DNA from: a virus
IMG/VR virus record: IMGVR_UViG_3300005573_000057
Span: 32,001-96,000 of that record
Strand: one strand, 5' to 3'
DNA: 64,000 nucleotides
This document shows, piece after piece, positions 18,070 through 27,574 of this stretch (position 1 is the first letter of the stretch; the number at the start of each line of letters is the position of its first letter). The position numbers were made by a program, and so were the translations under genes. The notes below the pieces were generated by a model, which saw nothing but the letters and a program-made list of their open reading frames with translations, searched no databases and was not told the origin of the DNA.

Positions 18070-18483
18070 ATGTCAGAAACTTCTTTACAAAACTTTCAAA
18101 ATGATACGTCCCGAACATTGGAATCGCAATTGAACCAGACTGTCGGTTTGCTCAATCGACTGGATTCGTCAGTGCAAAAAATTTCCGACGCTGCACAGTC
18201 CTTGTCTGTTTCTGTTGCTGTTCAGGGACAAAAGATTGAAGATCTACAAAAAACGATGGCTAATGTTGTTTTGTCGCAACAAAAACAAACGGAATTGTTG
18301 GAAAGCGTCAATTTGGCAAAATCAGATATTGAAACACTTAAAATTAACATGAAAGCGTTGCAATCTCAAGTTGGCGGAATGAATAGGCTTTGGTGGATTG
18401 TCACCGGGGTCTTTATGACACTAACGACACTGTTCGAAGCTGCGCAGAATGGGATTTTTACAATAACTGGCCGTCTTCATTAA
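18070..18483 (+). CDS. Coiled-coil protein with C-terminal transmembrane segment
   Basis: Heptad-rich body; LWWIVTGVFMTLTTLF; TATAAATA at 18056-18063. Confidence 0.6.
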   Translation: MSETSLQNFQNDTSRTLESQLNQTVGLLNRLDSSVQKISDAAQSLSVSVAVQGQKIEDLQKTMANVVLSQQKQTELLESVNLAKSDIETLKINMKALQSQVGGMNRLWWIVTGVFMTLTTLFEAAQNGIFTITGRLH

Positions 18484-18486
18484 CAA

Positions 18487-18969
18487 ATGGCAAATACGTT
18501 TATCAAGAAACGTAAGCGTCGGTATCCAAAGCCGACTCAATTCATTCCAAAGAACCAAAGCAAGTATCGTGGAGATTTGACAAATATTGTCATTCGAAGC
18601 AATCTTGAAAAGCGTTTCGCTCTATGGTGTGATCGAGCATCGTCAGTTGTTGGGTGGGTTAGTGAGGAATTGATCATACCCTACATTTCCCCTGTCGATG
18701 GTCAGAAGCATCGTTATTTTGTAGACTTTAGAATCTGGGTTTTGGATTCTACGGGGAAGGTCACAGAATATTGGGTAGAAATCAAACCGAAGGCAGAAAC
18801 AATGCCTCCGGTGAACCCGACAAGAAAAACAGCCAAATCCCAACAAAATCTGCAAGAGGCCATTGCGACCTTTGCAGTCAATCAGGCCAAGTGGGAAGCT
18901 GCAACCGGGGTAGCTGAAAGCCGAGGTTGCAAATTCCTTGTTGTCACTGATGAGGATCTGGGGGTTTAG
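18487..18969 (+). CDS. gp4: Head completion nuclease
   Basis: PKN.SKY.GD, RSNLE, SEE..IPY.SPVDG..HRYFVDF, VEIKP, NQAKWEAA. Confidence 0.93.
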   Translation: MANTFIKKRKRRYPKPTQFIPKNQSKYRGDLTNIVIRSNLEKRFALWCDRASSVVGWVSEELIIPYISPVDGQKHRYFVDFRIWVLDSTGKVTEYWVEIKPKAETMPPVNPTRKTAKSQQNLQEAIATFAVNQAKWEAATGVAESRGCKFLVVTDEDLGV

Positions 18970-19580
18970 AACCCGCCACTCTCTGTCCACACGTGGTCTT
19001 TGCTTTTCTTCTGGAACTTTTCGACCGGAAGCATGACAGCCATAGGCCAATCCCGATATGGAACTAGGAAAGCTTGAGATTGGACATGGCTGAACAAGTA
19101 ATTCTTCACGCAATGTGAAGTCATTTGATGAGTTGCAACACTCTGTAAAATATTGTAGTTCCACTGCAATCTACGCTGATCCCCGACACCTTCCTTATAG
19201 GGTTGAAGTGCTTTGAGCAATTCCAGCCGAGCACGCGGATAGAGATAATGCAGATTAACACCCAGAAAACCTAAACCATCTTCCCGCAACCGAAATGGAA
19301 AGACCAAGGGAAATATGTCGTAATAAGGCAATTCATCCTTGTATTTTGGGTCATAAAAATAGAATAACATTTGACCAGCAATCAAATTTGAAATAGGACG
19401 CAATTTACTTGCATCCGACTGCATGATTCGATTAGGAGTTACACTAACAGACCTTGCTGCCCGCGCAACGTCAAAGAACCAGTCCAGTGACTTTTTGCTC
19501 TCTGGATTGAAATTCTTGAGTTTCTGCTGTGTCAGGGAGAATTGTTTGAATACCTGATCGTACCGATTTGATGCTTGCAT
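18966..19580 (-). CDS. gp2: DNA end protector protein
   Basis: SLDWF, YDPKYKDELPYYDIFPLVF, GVNLHYL motifs. Confidence 0.88.
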   Translation of the reverse strand: MQASNRYDQVFKQFSLTQQKLKNFNPESKKSLDWFFDVARAARSVSVTPNRIMQSDASKLRPISNLIAGQMLFYFYDPKYKDELPYYDIFPLVFPFRLREDGLGFLGVNLHYLYPRARLELLKALQPYKEGVGDQRRLQWNYNILQSVATHQMTSHCVKNYLFSHVQSQAFLVPYRDWPMAVMLPVEKFQKKSKDHVWTESGGF

Positions 19581-19598
19581 GTGAATGTATAACTATTA

Positions 19599-20420
19599 GT
19601 GGTGGCTCCATATAGTTATCAAAAAACGAAAGAGGAAAAAGTGGCTTCAAGTTTTCAACGATTCATCGGTACGATGAAAACAACCGGAACAGCCAGGACA
19701 AATTTGTTCGGGGTTAATATCTTTTTGCCTAGATCATTGATTCAGTTCCAAAGTTTCACAAATAATGTTATTGCACTCTATGCTTCGACTGTGCCCGTTC
19801 CAAATGTCAGTCTAAGTACATCACCCTATCAGAATTATGGTGAAGTCCGAACACTTCCGGGTAATAGACAATTCGATACACCCTTGACGATTGAATTTTA
19901 CATGGATGGAAACTACAATACTCGACTTCTGTTTGAACAATGGATCAATTCTATTTCAGATCCAAACACCAAGAATCAAGGTTACTACGATGATTACATC
20001 GGAACCATTGAAGTCTATGGATTGGATCGTGACGAACAAACCTTGTGTACCTATCGAATCAATGAAGCTTACCCGAAAAGCGTTGGTGTCGGATCTTATA
20101 GTCATGCAGCAAGTCAAATCAATATGCAGACAACGAGTGTCACGTTTGTTTTCAAGAACACCAATTTCATCGGTAACGCAAGTTTGCAGAATTTCCAGGG
20201 CTACGATCTTCAAACAGGGTCTCTTTCGGGACTGCCATCTGCCATTGCTCCATTGTTCCAAATTGGCGGCTTACAGGGGCTAGGTGGTAATCTACTTGGA
20301 AATATGGATGCGGCTACCGTGGTTGGATCAAATAATCTACCACGGACGTTCATCAATATGAATGATTTGCCACTTGGCAACAATGCAGTTATCAACAGTT
20401 TCAGTACAATGTTTCCGTGA
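19599..20420 (+). CDS. gp54: Baseplate tail tube initiator
   Basis: ARTNLF, LFEQWIN, YYDDYIG and EAYPKSV motifs of the gp19/gp54 family. Confidence 0.78.
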   Translation: MVAPYSYQKTKEEKVASSFQRFIGTMKTTGTARTNLFGVNIFLPRSLIQFQSFTNNVIALYASTVPVPNVSLSTSPYQNYGEVRTLPGNRQFDTPLTIEFYMDGNYNTRLLFEQWINSISDPNTKNQGYYDDYIGTIEVYGLDRDEQTLCTYRINEAYPKSVGVGSYSHAASQINMQTTSVTFVFKNTNFIGNASLQNFQGYDLQTGSLSGLPSAIAPLFQIGGLQGLGGNLLGNMDAATVVGSNNLPRTFINMNDLPLGNNAVINSFSTMFP

Positions 20421-20426
20421 AATAAA

Positions 20427-20900
20427 ATGAACAAAATTGATCAAAGTCTACAAAAAATTTTCTCGACAATGGATGAAACCGTTGCCGAGGATAAAGCCAT
20501 TGAAGCCGTGATTGAACAAGAACGACTGATAGATACTCCTTATGATGAAGTGATTGTCAATCTTCGACGACTCATTGATCGTGCAGAAGAAGCAATGAAC
20601 TCAAGTCAATCAGCCGCAGAATCGACCGAAGTAGCTGAGGATTTTGATGCCTATTCCAAAGTCACCAAAAACTTGATCGACATGAATCGAGAATTGCGGG
20701 ATGCTATTACTGCCAGAGAGAAATACCGAGCAGCTATCCTTCAACAAAAGAAGGAAACGGAACCAGACAATAAAACTCCTAATAACACGACGAACAACAT
20801 TATTGCCATTGGAACCACAGCCGATCTTCAACGCTTGCTCAAACAAACGATGGAAATCCCGGACTACATTGATGTGAAATCTAAAACCATAGGAGAATAA
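20427..20900 (+). CDS. gp16: Terminase small subunit-like protein
   Basis: Helical NLRRLIDRAEEAM...; C-terminal NNIIAIGTTADLQRLL signature. Confidence 0.65.
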   Translation: MNKIDQSLQKIFSTMDETVAEDKAIEAVIEQERLIDTPYDEVIVNLRRLIDRAEEAMNSSQSAAESTEVAEDFDAYSKVTKNLIDMNRELRDAITAREKYRAAILQQKKETEPDNKTPNNTTNNIIAIGTTADLQRLLKQTMEIPDYIDVKSKTIGE

Positions 20901-20902
20901 TC

Positions 20903-21610
20903 ATGGCCTTACCCAAGATTGCAACACCAGTTTTCATGGCGGTACTGCCAAGTAACAAAATGCAGATCAAATATCGGCCATTCCTTGTCAAAGAAGAAAA
21001 GGCTCTCTTGCTTGCCAAACAACAAGAGTCTGCTCCCGGCCTGATGCTTGCAGTATGGGAAGTGATTAACGCATGCACCTTCGGAGTTCTCGATATTAAA
21101 ACATTGGCTATGATTGATCTGGAATTCCTCTTTTTGCGAATCCAAGCCAAAAGCGTTGGGGAAGAACAAAAAGTCAGTTTTCCTTGTACTGTTACTGAGG
21201 GATGCTCCGGTAGCGTGATCAAAACAATCAATACTGAAACAGACATTGTACCGATTTCCAATCCACAGCATACATCCAAGATTGCTATTACAGATACAGT
21301 TGGGATTGTTATGCGCTATCCAACCATGCAAGGCAACATTGACCGATTGACAAGTGAGAACTTTGACGAAATTGATATGCTGATTGACTGTATCGACTAT
21401 ATCTACGATAAGGACGAAACATTTCCTGCATCGGAACAAACAAGGGAAGAACTTTCTGATTTTCTGCAAACAATGACAGATGAACAATTTGGGCGTTTAC
21501 AAGGATTCTTTGAAACGATGCCTTACATGGGTTTCAATCTGAAATTCAAATGCCCCGTTTGTGAACAAGATAATGAAATCGAACTCAGGGGAATCGAAAG
21601 TTTTTTCTGA
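20903..21610 (+). CDS. gp26: Baseplate hub assembly protein
   Basis: MALPKI.TP, YRPFLVKEEKALL, DLEFLFLRI.AKSVGE, FFETMP, ends GIESFF. Confidence 0.92.
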   Translation: MALPKIATPVFMAVLPSNKMQIKYRPFLVKEEKALLLAKQQESAPGLMLAVWEVINACTFGVLDIKTLAMIDLEFLFLRIQAKSVGEEQKVSFPCTVTEGCSGSVIKTINTETDIVPISNPQHTSKIAITDTVGIVMRYPTMQGNIDRLTSENFDEIDMLIDCIDYIYDKDETFPASEQTREELSDFLQTMTDEQFGRLQGFFETMPYMGFNLKFKCPVCEQDNEIELRGIESFF

Positions 21611-21780
21611 TGACGCTAGGGCATGAATCATTGGAGAATTATTATCGAACGACATTCTCCTTGATTGACCGATTCAAATGGCCTCTCTCGGATGTTGAAA
21701 CGATGATACCTTTCGAACTGGATGTGTACCTAGCACTCTTAAACCAAAGATTAACCGAAGAAGCAAAGCAGGACAATTGA
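21610..21780 (+). CDS. gp51: Baseplate hub assembly catalyst (56 aa)
   Basis: Hand translation MTLGHESLENYYRTTFSLIDRFKWPLSDVETMIPFELDVYLALL. Confidence 0.8.
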   Translation: MTLGHESLENYYRTTFSLIDRFKWPLSDVETMIPFELDVYLALLNQRLTEEAKQDN

Positions 21781-21781
21781 A

Positions 21782-23932
21782 ATGCCCGCAGAAATAGAAG
21801 AACTAGAACAAAAAACAGGTCAAACCCAAAAACAAGTTCTCACTGTCACAGAACAGAAGGCGTCTTTGGCTAAGGCGACTCGTTCGCTCGAAATTGCCAA
21901 TCTTGAACTTAAACGTGCTCAAAAAGCATATGACAAGACTGCCGAAAAGTTGCAGGAGGATGCTACAGCTTCGTATCTCAATACTTCAAAAGAGATTGAA
22001 GATCTACAAAAACATGCTAGCGATAATGCTGCACGAATCCTGAAATTACTTGGAAAGACCCAAACCGAAACATTGAATGCTCAGGCCAAGAGCATTCTAT
22101 CGTTCTTTGAAAAGTCATACAATCCAACTGTCCTCCAAAAGATGCAAGACGATATTCTCAAGCGTTTTGAAGAACGACGCTTAGGTATATTCAAGCGTGG
22201 TACAGGTGGATTTGTTGACAGGGCCTTGACACGCCACGAGGATCGTTCGCAGTACGTCAAAGACATGAAGGCGACCGGACAGTACCAGGGATCGTCTACA
22301 GCCGAACTCAAGGCCCGCTATGACGCATCAATGGCATTGCAGCGCAAGCTGGACGCAGAGACCAAGAAACTTTTAGGTTTGCAGAATCGAGTTGGAGAAA
22401 AGGCCGCATCCCAATCCAAATTGTTCCAAAATGTTGCTGACCTGACGGAACGCTTGCGTGAGATTGATTCTCGGTTTGTTTCTGATAGTGAAAAACAAGA
22501 AGCCGAAACAGGAAAACTCGAAGCTCCCACTCCAATCAATGTCAAGGATTTTGCTCCAGATGTTGCAGCTAGAGTCGAAAAGGCCCAAGCTCGGGTTGAC
22601 AAGTTGAATGGCAAGAACAAAGAGACTCCAAAAGCAACCGAAAACACCGGCCCAAAACCAAAGTTTATTGAAAAAAACAAAAAGACTCCAAAAGCAACCG
22701 AAAACACCGGCCCCAAACCAGAATGGATTCACGAAAAGGCACCATCAAAAATTCTTCCGGCAACCGAAAAGAATGGGGTCATGGAAAATTACCTGAGTGG
22801 TATTCTGGCTGCTGCTACATCCATCGACACACGCCTCAAGAACCATTGGGTGACAACTGATGTAAAGAAGCAAGATGCGACTGCTGAGGGATTGATGGGT
22901 ACGTTTGGGGGTGGCGCAGTCAAAGGAATTGCTAGCGCACTCACAGGCGGGGTTGTTAATTTCCTCAAAGGTCTGGTTGGTGGCGGGACTGGTCTAGCAT
23001 CTGTATTTGGACGTGTGGCAGGGGTTGCAGCCGCTGGCGCTCAGTTGTATAGCAGCTACAAGAATTTCGACAAAGATACCAAGGATTCCGAAGGGAAACG
23101 ACTTTCACTATTCCAACACAAGAAAGGCGAAAGCATTCTTGATTCGCGTGCTGGGTACTACGGCAGGAATGCCTTAGCAGGCGGCGAAATCGGTCTACAG
23201 GTAGGCAGTATGTTCGGCCCGGTAGGATCGGCCATAGGCGCTGGTGTTGGCGCTCTAGGGGGTCTTGCATTCACATTCTTCCAAGACTACCACAAAGAAA
23301 TCATGGAGAAACTCAATTCTTGGAAAACAAGCATTGGGGGATTCTTCACGAATGTTGGGAGTGGAATCAAAAATCTCAGCGCCAGTGTGGTTGATCATGT
23401 AACCAAGTGGAAAACAAATGCCGAGACTATTTACAAAAATTCAACCGAGGAACTTCAAGGGTTGTTCGCCAAACTTCCAGATTCGGTCAAGAATATTGGA
23501 GTGACTTTGTTCAACCTTCTTACCGGGTTTCCAAAAATGTTTTGGAAAGGGATGAAGGATGCTGCTGGCGCTGTTGGTGGATTTGTCGAAAGTATCTGGA
23601 AAAAGATCGAATCCGTTGGAGAAACCAAATCCCCTATTCCGAAAGTAGCAGGTAAGCCATTTGAAATTAAAGCGCCTATCCCGAATCCAATTGCTCTCAA
23701 GACACAGATTCCTGAAATCGGGATTCAAAAAAAGAAAACAGCCCCAAACATCACACATAACCCTGTAAAAGAAAGACAAGAAAATACCACCAACGTTAAT
23801 ACCGTGGTGGCACCAAGCAACACAACCATCAATAACTCAAAAACTTCGGTTATTGGGCACTACGCTCTGCGTAATGATGATCATTCGATCAACAAGTTGT
23901 TGACGAGTCGGGATGTTGCCTTTTCAATTTGA
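21782..23932 (+). CDS. Tail tape measure / gp29-like protein
   Basis: 716 aa with coiled-coil N-terminus, Gly/Ala-rich GPVGSAIGAGVG segment and NVNTVVAP C-terminus; follows gp26/gp51. Confidence 0.7.
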   Translation: MPAEIEELEQKTGQTQKQVLTVTEQKASLAKATRSLEIANLELKRAQKAYDKTAEKLQEDATASYLNTSKEIEDLQKHASDNAARILKLLGKTQTETLNAQAKSILSFFEKSYNPTVLQKMQDDILKRFEERRLGIFKRGTGGFVDRALTRHEDRSQYVKDMKATGQYQGSSTAELKARYDASMALQRKLDAETKKLLGLQNRVGEKAASQSKLFQNVADLTERLREIDSRFVSDSEKQEAETGKLEAPTPINVKDFAPDVAARVEKAQARVDKLNGKNKETPKATENTGPKPKFIEKNKKTPKATENTGPKPEWIHEKAPSKILPATEKNGVMENYLSGILAAATSIDTRLKNHWVTTDVKKQDATAEGLMGTFGGGAVKGIASALTGGVVNFLKGLVGGGTGLASVFGRVAGVAAAGAQLYSSYKNFDKDTKDSEGKRLSLFQHKKGESILDSRAGYYGRNALAGGEIGLQVGSMFGPVGSAIGAGVGALGGLAFTFFQDYHKEIMEKLNSWKTSIGGFFTNVGSGIKNLSASVVDHVTKWKTNAETIYKNSTEELQGLFAKLPDSVKNIGVTLFNLLTGFPKMFWKGMKDAAGAVGGFVESIWKKIESVGETKSPIPKVAGKPFEIKAPIPNPIALKTQIPEIGIQKKKTAPNITHNPVKERQENTTNVNTVVAPSNTTINNSKTSVIGHYALRNDDHSINKLLTSRDVAFSI
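22613..22720 (+). repeat. In-frame tandem duplication with a 60-nt period
   Basis: gactccaaaagcaaccgaaaacaccggccc occurs twice (KNKxTPKATENTGPKP). Confidence 0.9.
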
Positions 23933-24221
23933 AATCTATACCAAAGCTTTCTGTTTTTTTATCCTGTTTTCTTTTATAATATAAAATCAAGCTAATGTAT
24001 ATGATATTAGCAATCAAAAGAATGATCGCTGCACAAAAACTAAACCATTGATGCAAATGGGGGTAAAAGAACAAGTTCCAGATTGACCACCCAAAAAAGA
24101 ACAAATTAGTAATTACACTGAACCCCGCTACCATCTTGTGTTTAAGGATGACACGCACGTTGTTCAGAGTGAACCCAGCACCGGCAAGATTGAATGCTGC
24201 GTTGACTAGATCGGGAATCAT
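23889..24221 (-). CDS. Small membrane protein (PQ-loop/SemiSWEET-like)
   Basis: Three hydrophobic segments; K.VAGFS...FF.GWSIWNLFFY. Confidence 0.55.
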   Translation of the reverse strand: MIPDLVNAAFNLAGAGFTLNNVRVILKHKMVAGFSVITNLFFFGWSIWNLFFYPHLHQWFSFCAAIILLIANIIYISLILYYKRKQDKKTESFGIDFKLKRQHPDSSTTC

Positions 24222-24418
24222 TCTTGGTTATGCTGTGGCAACCACCCAGCACGTAGTAGATAGTCTTTGTGATCCAACAAAATTTCGGTGAGACTTCCAT
24301 ACCACGGCCCAACATGGGCGCAGCGACCACTGTCGTTTATGTCGAAATGCCCCCAGCCAGAACCCTTCACATGCTTTAACACGATTCCGGTTTCGTTTGT
24401 ATATTGTGTCTTTTTCAT
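24218..24418 (-). CDS. Hypothetical protein
   Basis: ORF coupled to both neighbours. Confidence 0.6.
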   Translation of the reverse strand: MKKTQYTNETGIVLKHVKGSGWGHFDINDSGRCAHVGPWYGSLTEILLDHKDYLLRAGWLPQHNQE

Positions 24419-24421
24419 GAT

Positions 24422-24610
24422 TTACGCCATCAGTTCATTGAAGAATTCGCGGGCAATTTCCTTACAGCCAAGAATATCATCAGCATGGCCGATGCACAAT
24501 CCAGCATCAATAATGGGTTGGCTATAACAATCATAGCCATCATCGACCTTTTGTGCCCAGACGGAATAACCAAGATCCGCATGACTCGCTATCTTCGCCA
24601 TCTTGTTCAT
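24422..24610 (-). CDS. Hypothetical protein behind a cassette promoter (MNKMAKIA...)
   Basis: Preceded by the cassette leader gataaggagttggtcATGAACAAG. Confidence 0.7.
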   Translation of the reverse strand: MNKMAKIASHADLGYSVWAQKVDDGYDCYSQPIIDAGLCIGHADDILGCKEIAREFFNELMA

Positions 24611-24682
24611 GACCAACTCCTTATCAATGTTTACAACTGAATTATAGACCACCAATAGCAAAAGTCAAGAAAAAATTTTCTT
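24611..24682 (-). promoter_or_regulatory. Cassette promoter/leader repeat copy 4
   Basis: Reverse complement: ttttcTTGACTtttgctattggtggtcTATAATtcagttgtaaacattgataaggagttggtc. Confidence 0.85.
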
Positions 24683-25429
24683 GTTTTCGGCGACCCAAGC
24701 ATCCCCGAAGATCCAAGCATCCTCGGAGACATGAGCATCCCCGAATACCCGAGCATCCCCATAGACCCGAGCATTTCCATAGACCCGAGCATCCCCAAAT
24801 ACCAGAGTATCACCAGAGACCCTAGCAGTATCGTAGACCCGAGAATTCCCGAAGATCAGAGCATTCTCGAAGACCCAAGCATTTCCGAATACTTCAACCA
24901 TTCCATAAACCTGAGCATAACCATACACCCGAACATGCCCATAGACCCGAGCATATCTAAACACATAAGCATCCTCATAAACCTGAGAATCACCGAAGAC
25001 TTGAGCATTCCCATAGATACGAGCATCATCGAAAATCCGAGCATTCCCGTAGACACGAGCATCCTCATAAACCCGAGCATTTCCGTAGACACGAGAATGC
25101 TCGGAGACATGAGCATGCTCGTAGACCTGAGCATTCCCATAGACCCAAGCATCCCAAAAGACCCGAGCATCACAAAAGACCTGAGCATTCCCAAAGACAC
25201 GAGACTCCCCGAAGACCCGAGCATCATCGAAAATCCGAGCATTCTCGTAGACCCAGGCATCGTCATAGACCCAGCAGGTTCCATCTTGGCTCAAATTTTG
25301 TTCTGATTCAATATAGCCGCCCGTTTCGCCTGCACGAACACCGGGTAAATCGCGCAAAGCGCGGATACGGTAAAGGATGTGGCCATCGACTTCAACAGAA
25401 TCATCTTTCAACAATTCGTACTTGTTCAT
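24665..25429 (-). CDS. Hexapeptide-repeat protein, paralog 4
   Basis: Conserved head plus the longest hexad array. Confidence 0.88.
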   Translation of the reverse strand: MNKYELLKDDSVEVDGHILYRIRALRDLPGVRAGETGGYIESEQNLSQDGTCWVYDDAWVYENARIFDDARVFGESRVFGNAQVFCDARVFWDAWVYGNAQVYEHAHVSEHSRVYGNARVYEDARVYGNARIFDDARIYGNAQVFGDSQVYEDAYVFRYARVYGHVRVYGYAQVYGMVEVFGNAWVFENALIFGNSRVYDTARVSGDTLVFGDARVYGNARVYGDARVFGDAHVSEDAWIFGDAWVAENKKIFS

Positions 25430-26031
25430 AGCAAATCCCCATTCTGTATATCATAGACCTTAGCATCGCCATAGACTTCCGAATCGCCATAGACTTGCAC
25501 ATCGCCATAGACTTGCGCATAACCATAGATCTTGGAATGCCCATGGACCCAAGAATCCCCAAAGACATGAGCATTGTCGAAGACCTGAGCATCCTCGGAG
25601 ACTTGGGCACTGCCGTAGACACGAGCAAACCCAGCAACCAAAGCATAACCGGATACCAGAGAATCACCGTAGACTAGAGCACCCCCGCAAATCCGAGCTT
25701 TCCCACTGACTCCAGCGTTCTCGTAGACCTGAGCATTCTCGTAGACCTGAGCATGCCCATAGACCCGAGCATTCCCATAAATTTGAGAATTCCCAAAGAC
25801 CCGAGCATTTCCATAGATTCGAGCATCCCAAAAGACTATAGCATTTTCATAAACCCAAGCGTTCACCAAAACCCAACAGTTTCCATTTTGACTCAGGTTC
25901 TTTTCGGATTCAATATAGCCGCCTTTGTCGCCTGCGCGAACACCGGGTAAATCGCGTAAAGCGCGGATACGGTAAAGAACGCGACCATCGGCTTCAACAG
26001 TGTCATCTTCCAAGAGTTCATACTTTTTCAT
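25426..26031 (-). CDS. Hexapeptide-repeat protein, paralog 5
   Basis: MKKYELLEDD head; ATGA coupling on both sides. Confidence 0.88.
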   Translation of the reverse strand: MKKYELLEDDTVEADGRVLYRIRALRDLPGVRAGDKGGYIESEKNLSQNGNCWVLVNAWVYENAIVFWDARIYGNARVFGNSQIYGNARVYGHAQVYENAQVYENAGVSGKARICGGALVYGDSLVSGYALVAGFARVYGSAQVSEDAQVFDNAHVFGDSWVHGHSKIYGYAQVYGDVQVYGDSEVYGDAKVYDIQNGDLL

Positions 26032-26438
26032 GGAAATTTCCTTGAGATTGTGTAAGATTCGGAAACCAATTTTTTGAGGCGGGAAGGAGAAAAGGCCCTC
26101 CAACCATTTGCATACAAATCGAAATACTTGATTACTGTGATTGGACGCTTTTCAAGTTCGGCCTCTTTTTCACTTGGAACCCATCCAGAAGCTTCAATCG
26201 TTTCCTTCTTGAAAGTTCCGTTCATGACGCGCAACTCACCATCTTTCTTGATGTACTCCCCACTGAAATTCGATTGATTTGGCTTCAATGTGTCATTAAC
26301 GAACCGAGCTAACCCAGCTTCCGTCAACAAAGTTGTCACCGAAATTCCAAATTTGGGATCATTCAGATTCAAAGTGTAAATTTCTTGCTCGTCGTCAAGC
26401 TTCGAATACCGATCTTCAACCTTATCATCTTCCATCAT
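26028..26438 (-). CDS. WYL-like/SH3-fold protein
   Basis: YIKKDGELRVMNGT...YFDLYANGWRAF. Confidence 0.65.
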   Translation of the reverse strand: MMEDDKVEDRYSKLDDEQEIYTLNLNDPKFGISVTTLLTEAGLARFVNDTLKPNQSNFSGEYIKKDGELRVMNGTFKKETIEASGWVPSEKEAELEKRPITVIKYFDLYANGWRAFSPSRLKKLVSESYTISRKFP

Positions 26439-27184
26439 TGCTCTCCAAGAATTTGATTCCATCTGCTATGAAGCATTGTAGCATAGGTGTACTGTGAAAT
26501 GCTATTCTTAGGGTAATAACCAAGCGCCCATGCATCATTGATTTCGATGAACAAAATGCGCCCGTTTTCTAACAACCCAATATCCAATCCATAGGATACT
26601 GGCATCTTTCTGTCAGTGAATTCGCGGTTCAGTTCTAAAAGGAATGGTGTTACATCATTAGCAGAAAACGGAAATTCTGCTTCATTGTCATCATATCGAG
26701 TATAGCCTTGCAACTCTCCATCCATGATATAGCAACGCCATTCGGCCACAAATTTGATAGGCTTCTGAAACCAAACCAACGGGTTCTTTCGGTACAAATC
26801 CATCCTGTAGGGATCTACTCCAATGATATGCGGTTCAAATTCCTTGGTGTGAAATGGTTTGACCCACATTTTTTCTGGAACTTCACTGTAAAAGCAAAGT
26901 TCCACTTCACGACCCATCAAATGATGAACGTAGCCTTGGCGACGAAAACACAAGGGATAGTCGATTGGCCGGGGGATTTGTATATCACATTTTTCCATCC
27001 ATGCTTTACAAAATTCAACAGTCCCAACAGGAGTGAATTCTTTTCTGGGATCTTCCCCATCCCGAACATCACTCAATGACGCAAATTTGACAAGAATATC
27101 GTCACGCAAGTATGAAGCAGTAATCACCGCATTTTTCTCCGCACGACAAACATTATCCTTTTGCAGTATGAATTCCATAGTCAT
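26435..27184 (-). CDS. ATP-grasp domain protein (DUF4343/R2K-like)
   Basis: PVGTVEF, DYP, WVKP..TKEF, EWRCYI, LDIG, IEINDAWALG. Confidence 0.78.
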   Translation of the reverse strand: MTMEFILQKDNVCRAEKNAVITASYLRDDILVKFASLSDVRDGEDPRKEFTPVGTVEFCKAWMEKCDIQIPRPIDYPLCFRRQGYVHHLMGREVELCFYSEVPEKMWVKPFHTKEFEPHIIGVDPYRMDLYRKNPLVWFQKPIKFVAEWRCYIMDGELQGYTRYDDNEAEFPFSANDVTPFLLELNREFTDRKMPVSYGLDIGLLENGRILFIEINDAWALGYYPKNSISQYTYATMLHSRWNQILGEQ

Positions 27185-27194
27185 ATGATTTCAA

Positions 27195-27518
27195 TTATAC
27201 ATCGACCTCAATGACATTGATCTTAAAATTGTAAAAATCTTCCTCACTGAGCTTCGCAACATCATCATAATTTTCTGTTGCTACACATTGAAGCTTTCCT
27301 TGGTCAGACCAAGTTGCAATGTAAAGATTTACCTTTTCTGGTTTGATTCGATATTGAAACTCAACAAAATGAAAAGCAGGATTGTAACAATCCGACCATT
27401 GTCCAATTCTTTTATCAAAAAATTGTATTTGTTCTCCATTGACAAAAGCTTCTACAATTTTTAACTTAGATGGATCGTTTGCCAAATCAAGAACAAATTT
27501 CGCTTCTGTTCGGTTCAT
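27195..27518 (-). CDS. Hypothetical protein
   Basis: GGAG ribosome-binding site; AFVNGEQIQ...YRIKP phage motif. Confidence 0.65.
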   Translation of the reverse strand: MNRTEAKFVLDLANDPSKLKIVEAFVNGEQIQFFDKRIGQWSDCYNPAFHFVEFQYRIKPEKVNLYIATWSDQGKLQCVATENYDDVAKLSEEDFYNFKINVIEVDV

Positions 27519-27574
27519 ATTTATCTCCAGTAAAAGTTGATTCTGACTTGCTTGTTGCAACATCAGGATCTAAA

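Noticed and set aside
24731-25306. Long antisense and alternate-frame ORFs over hexapeptide genes (also 11418, 11491, 12021, 45181, 45309)
   Set aside because: By-products of the 18-nt periodic coding repeat lacking stops in other frames; no ribosome-binding sites.
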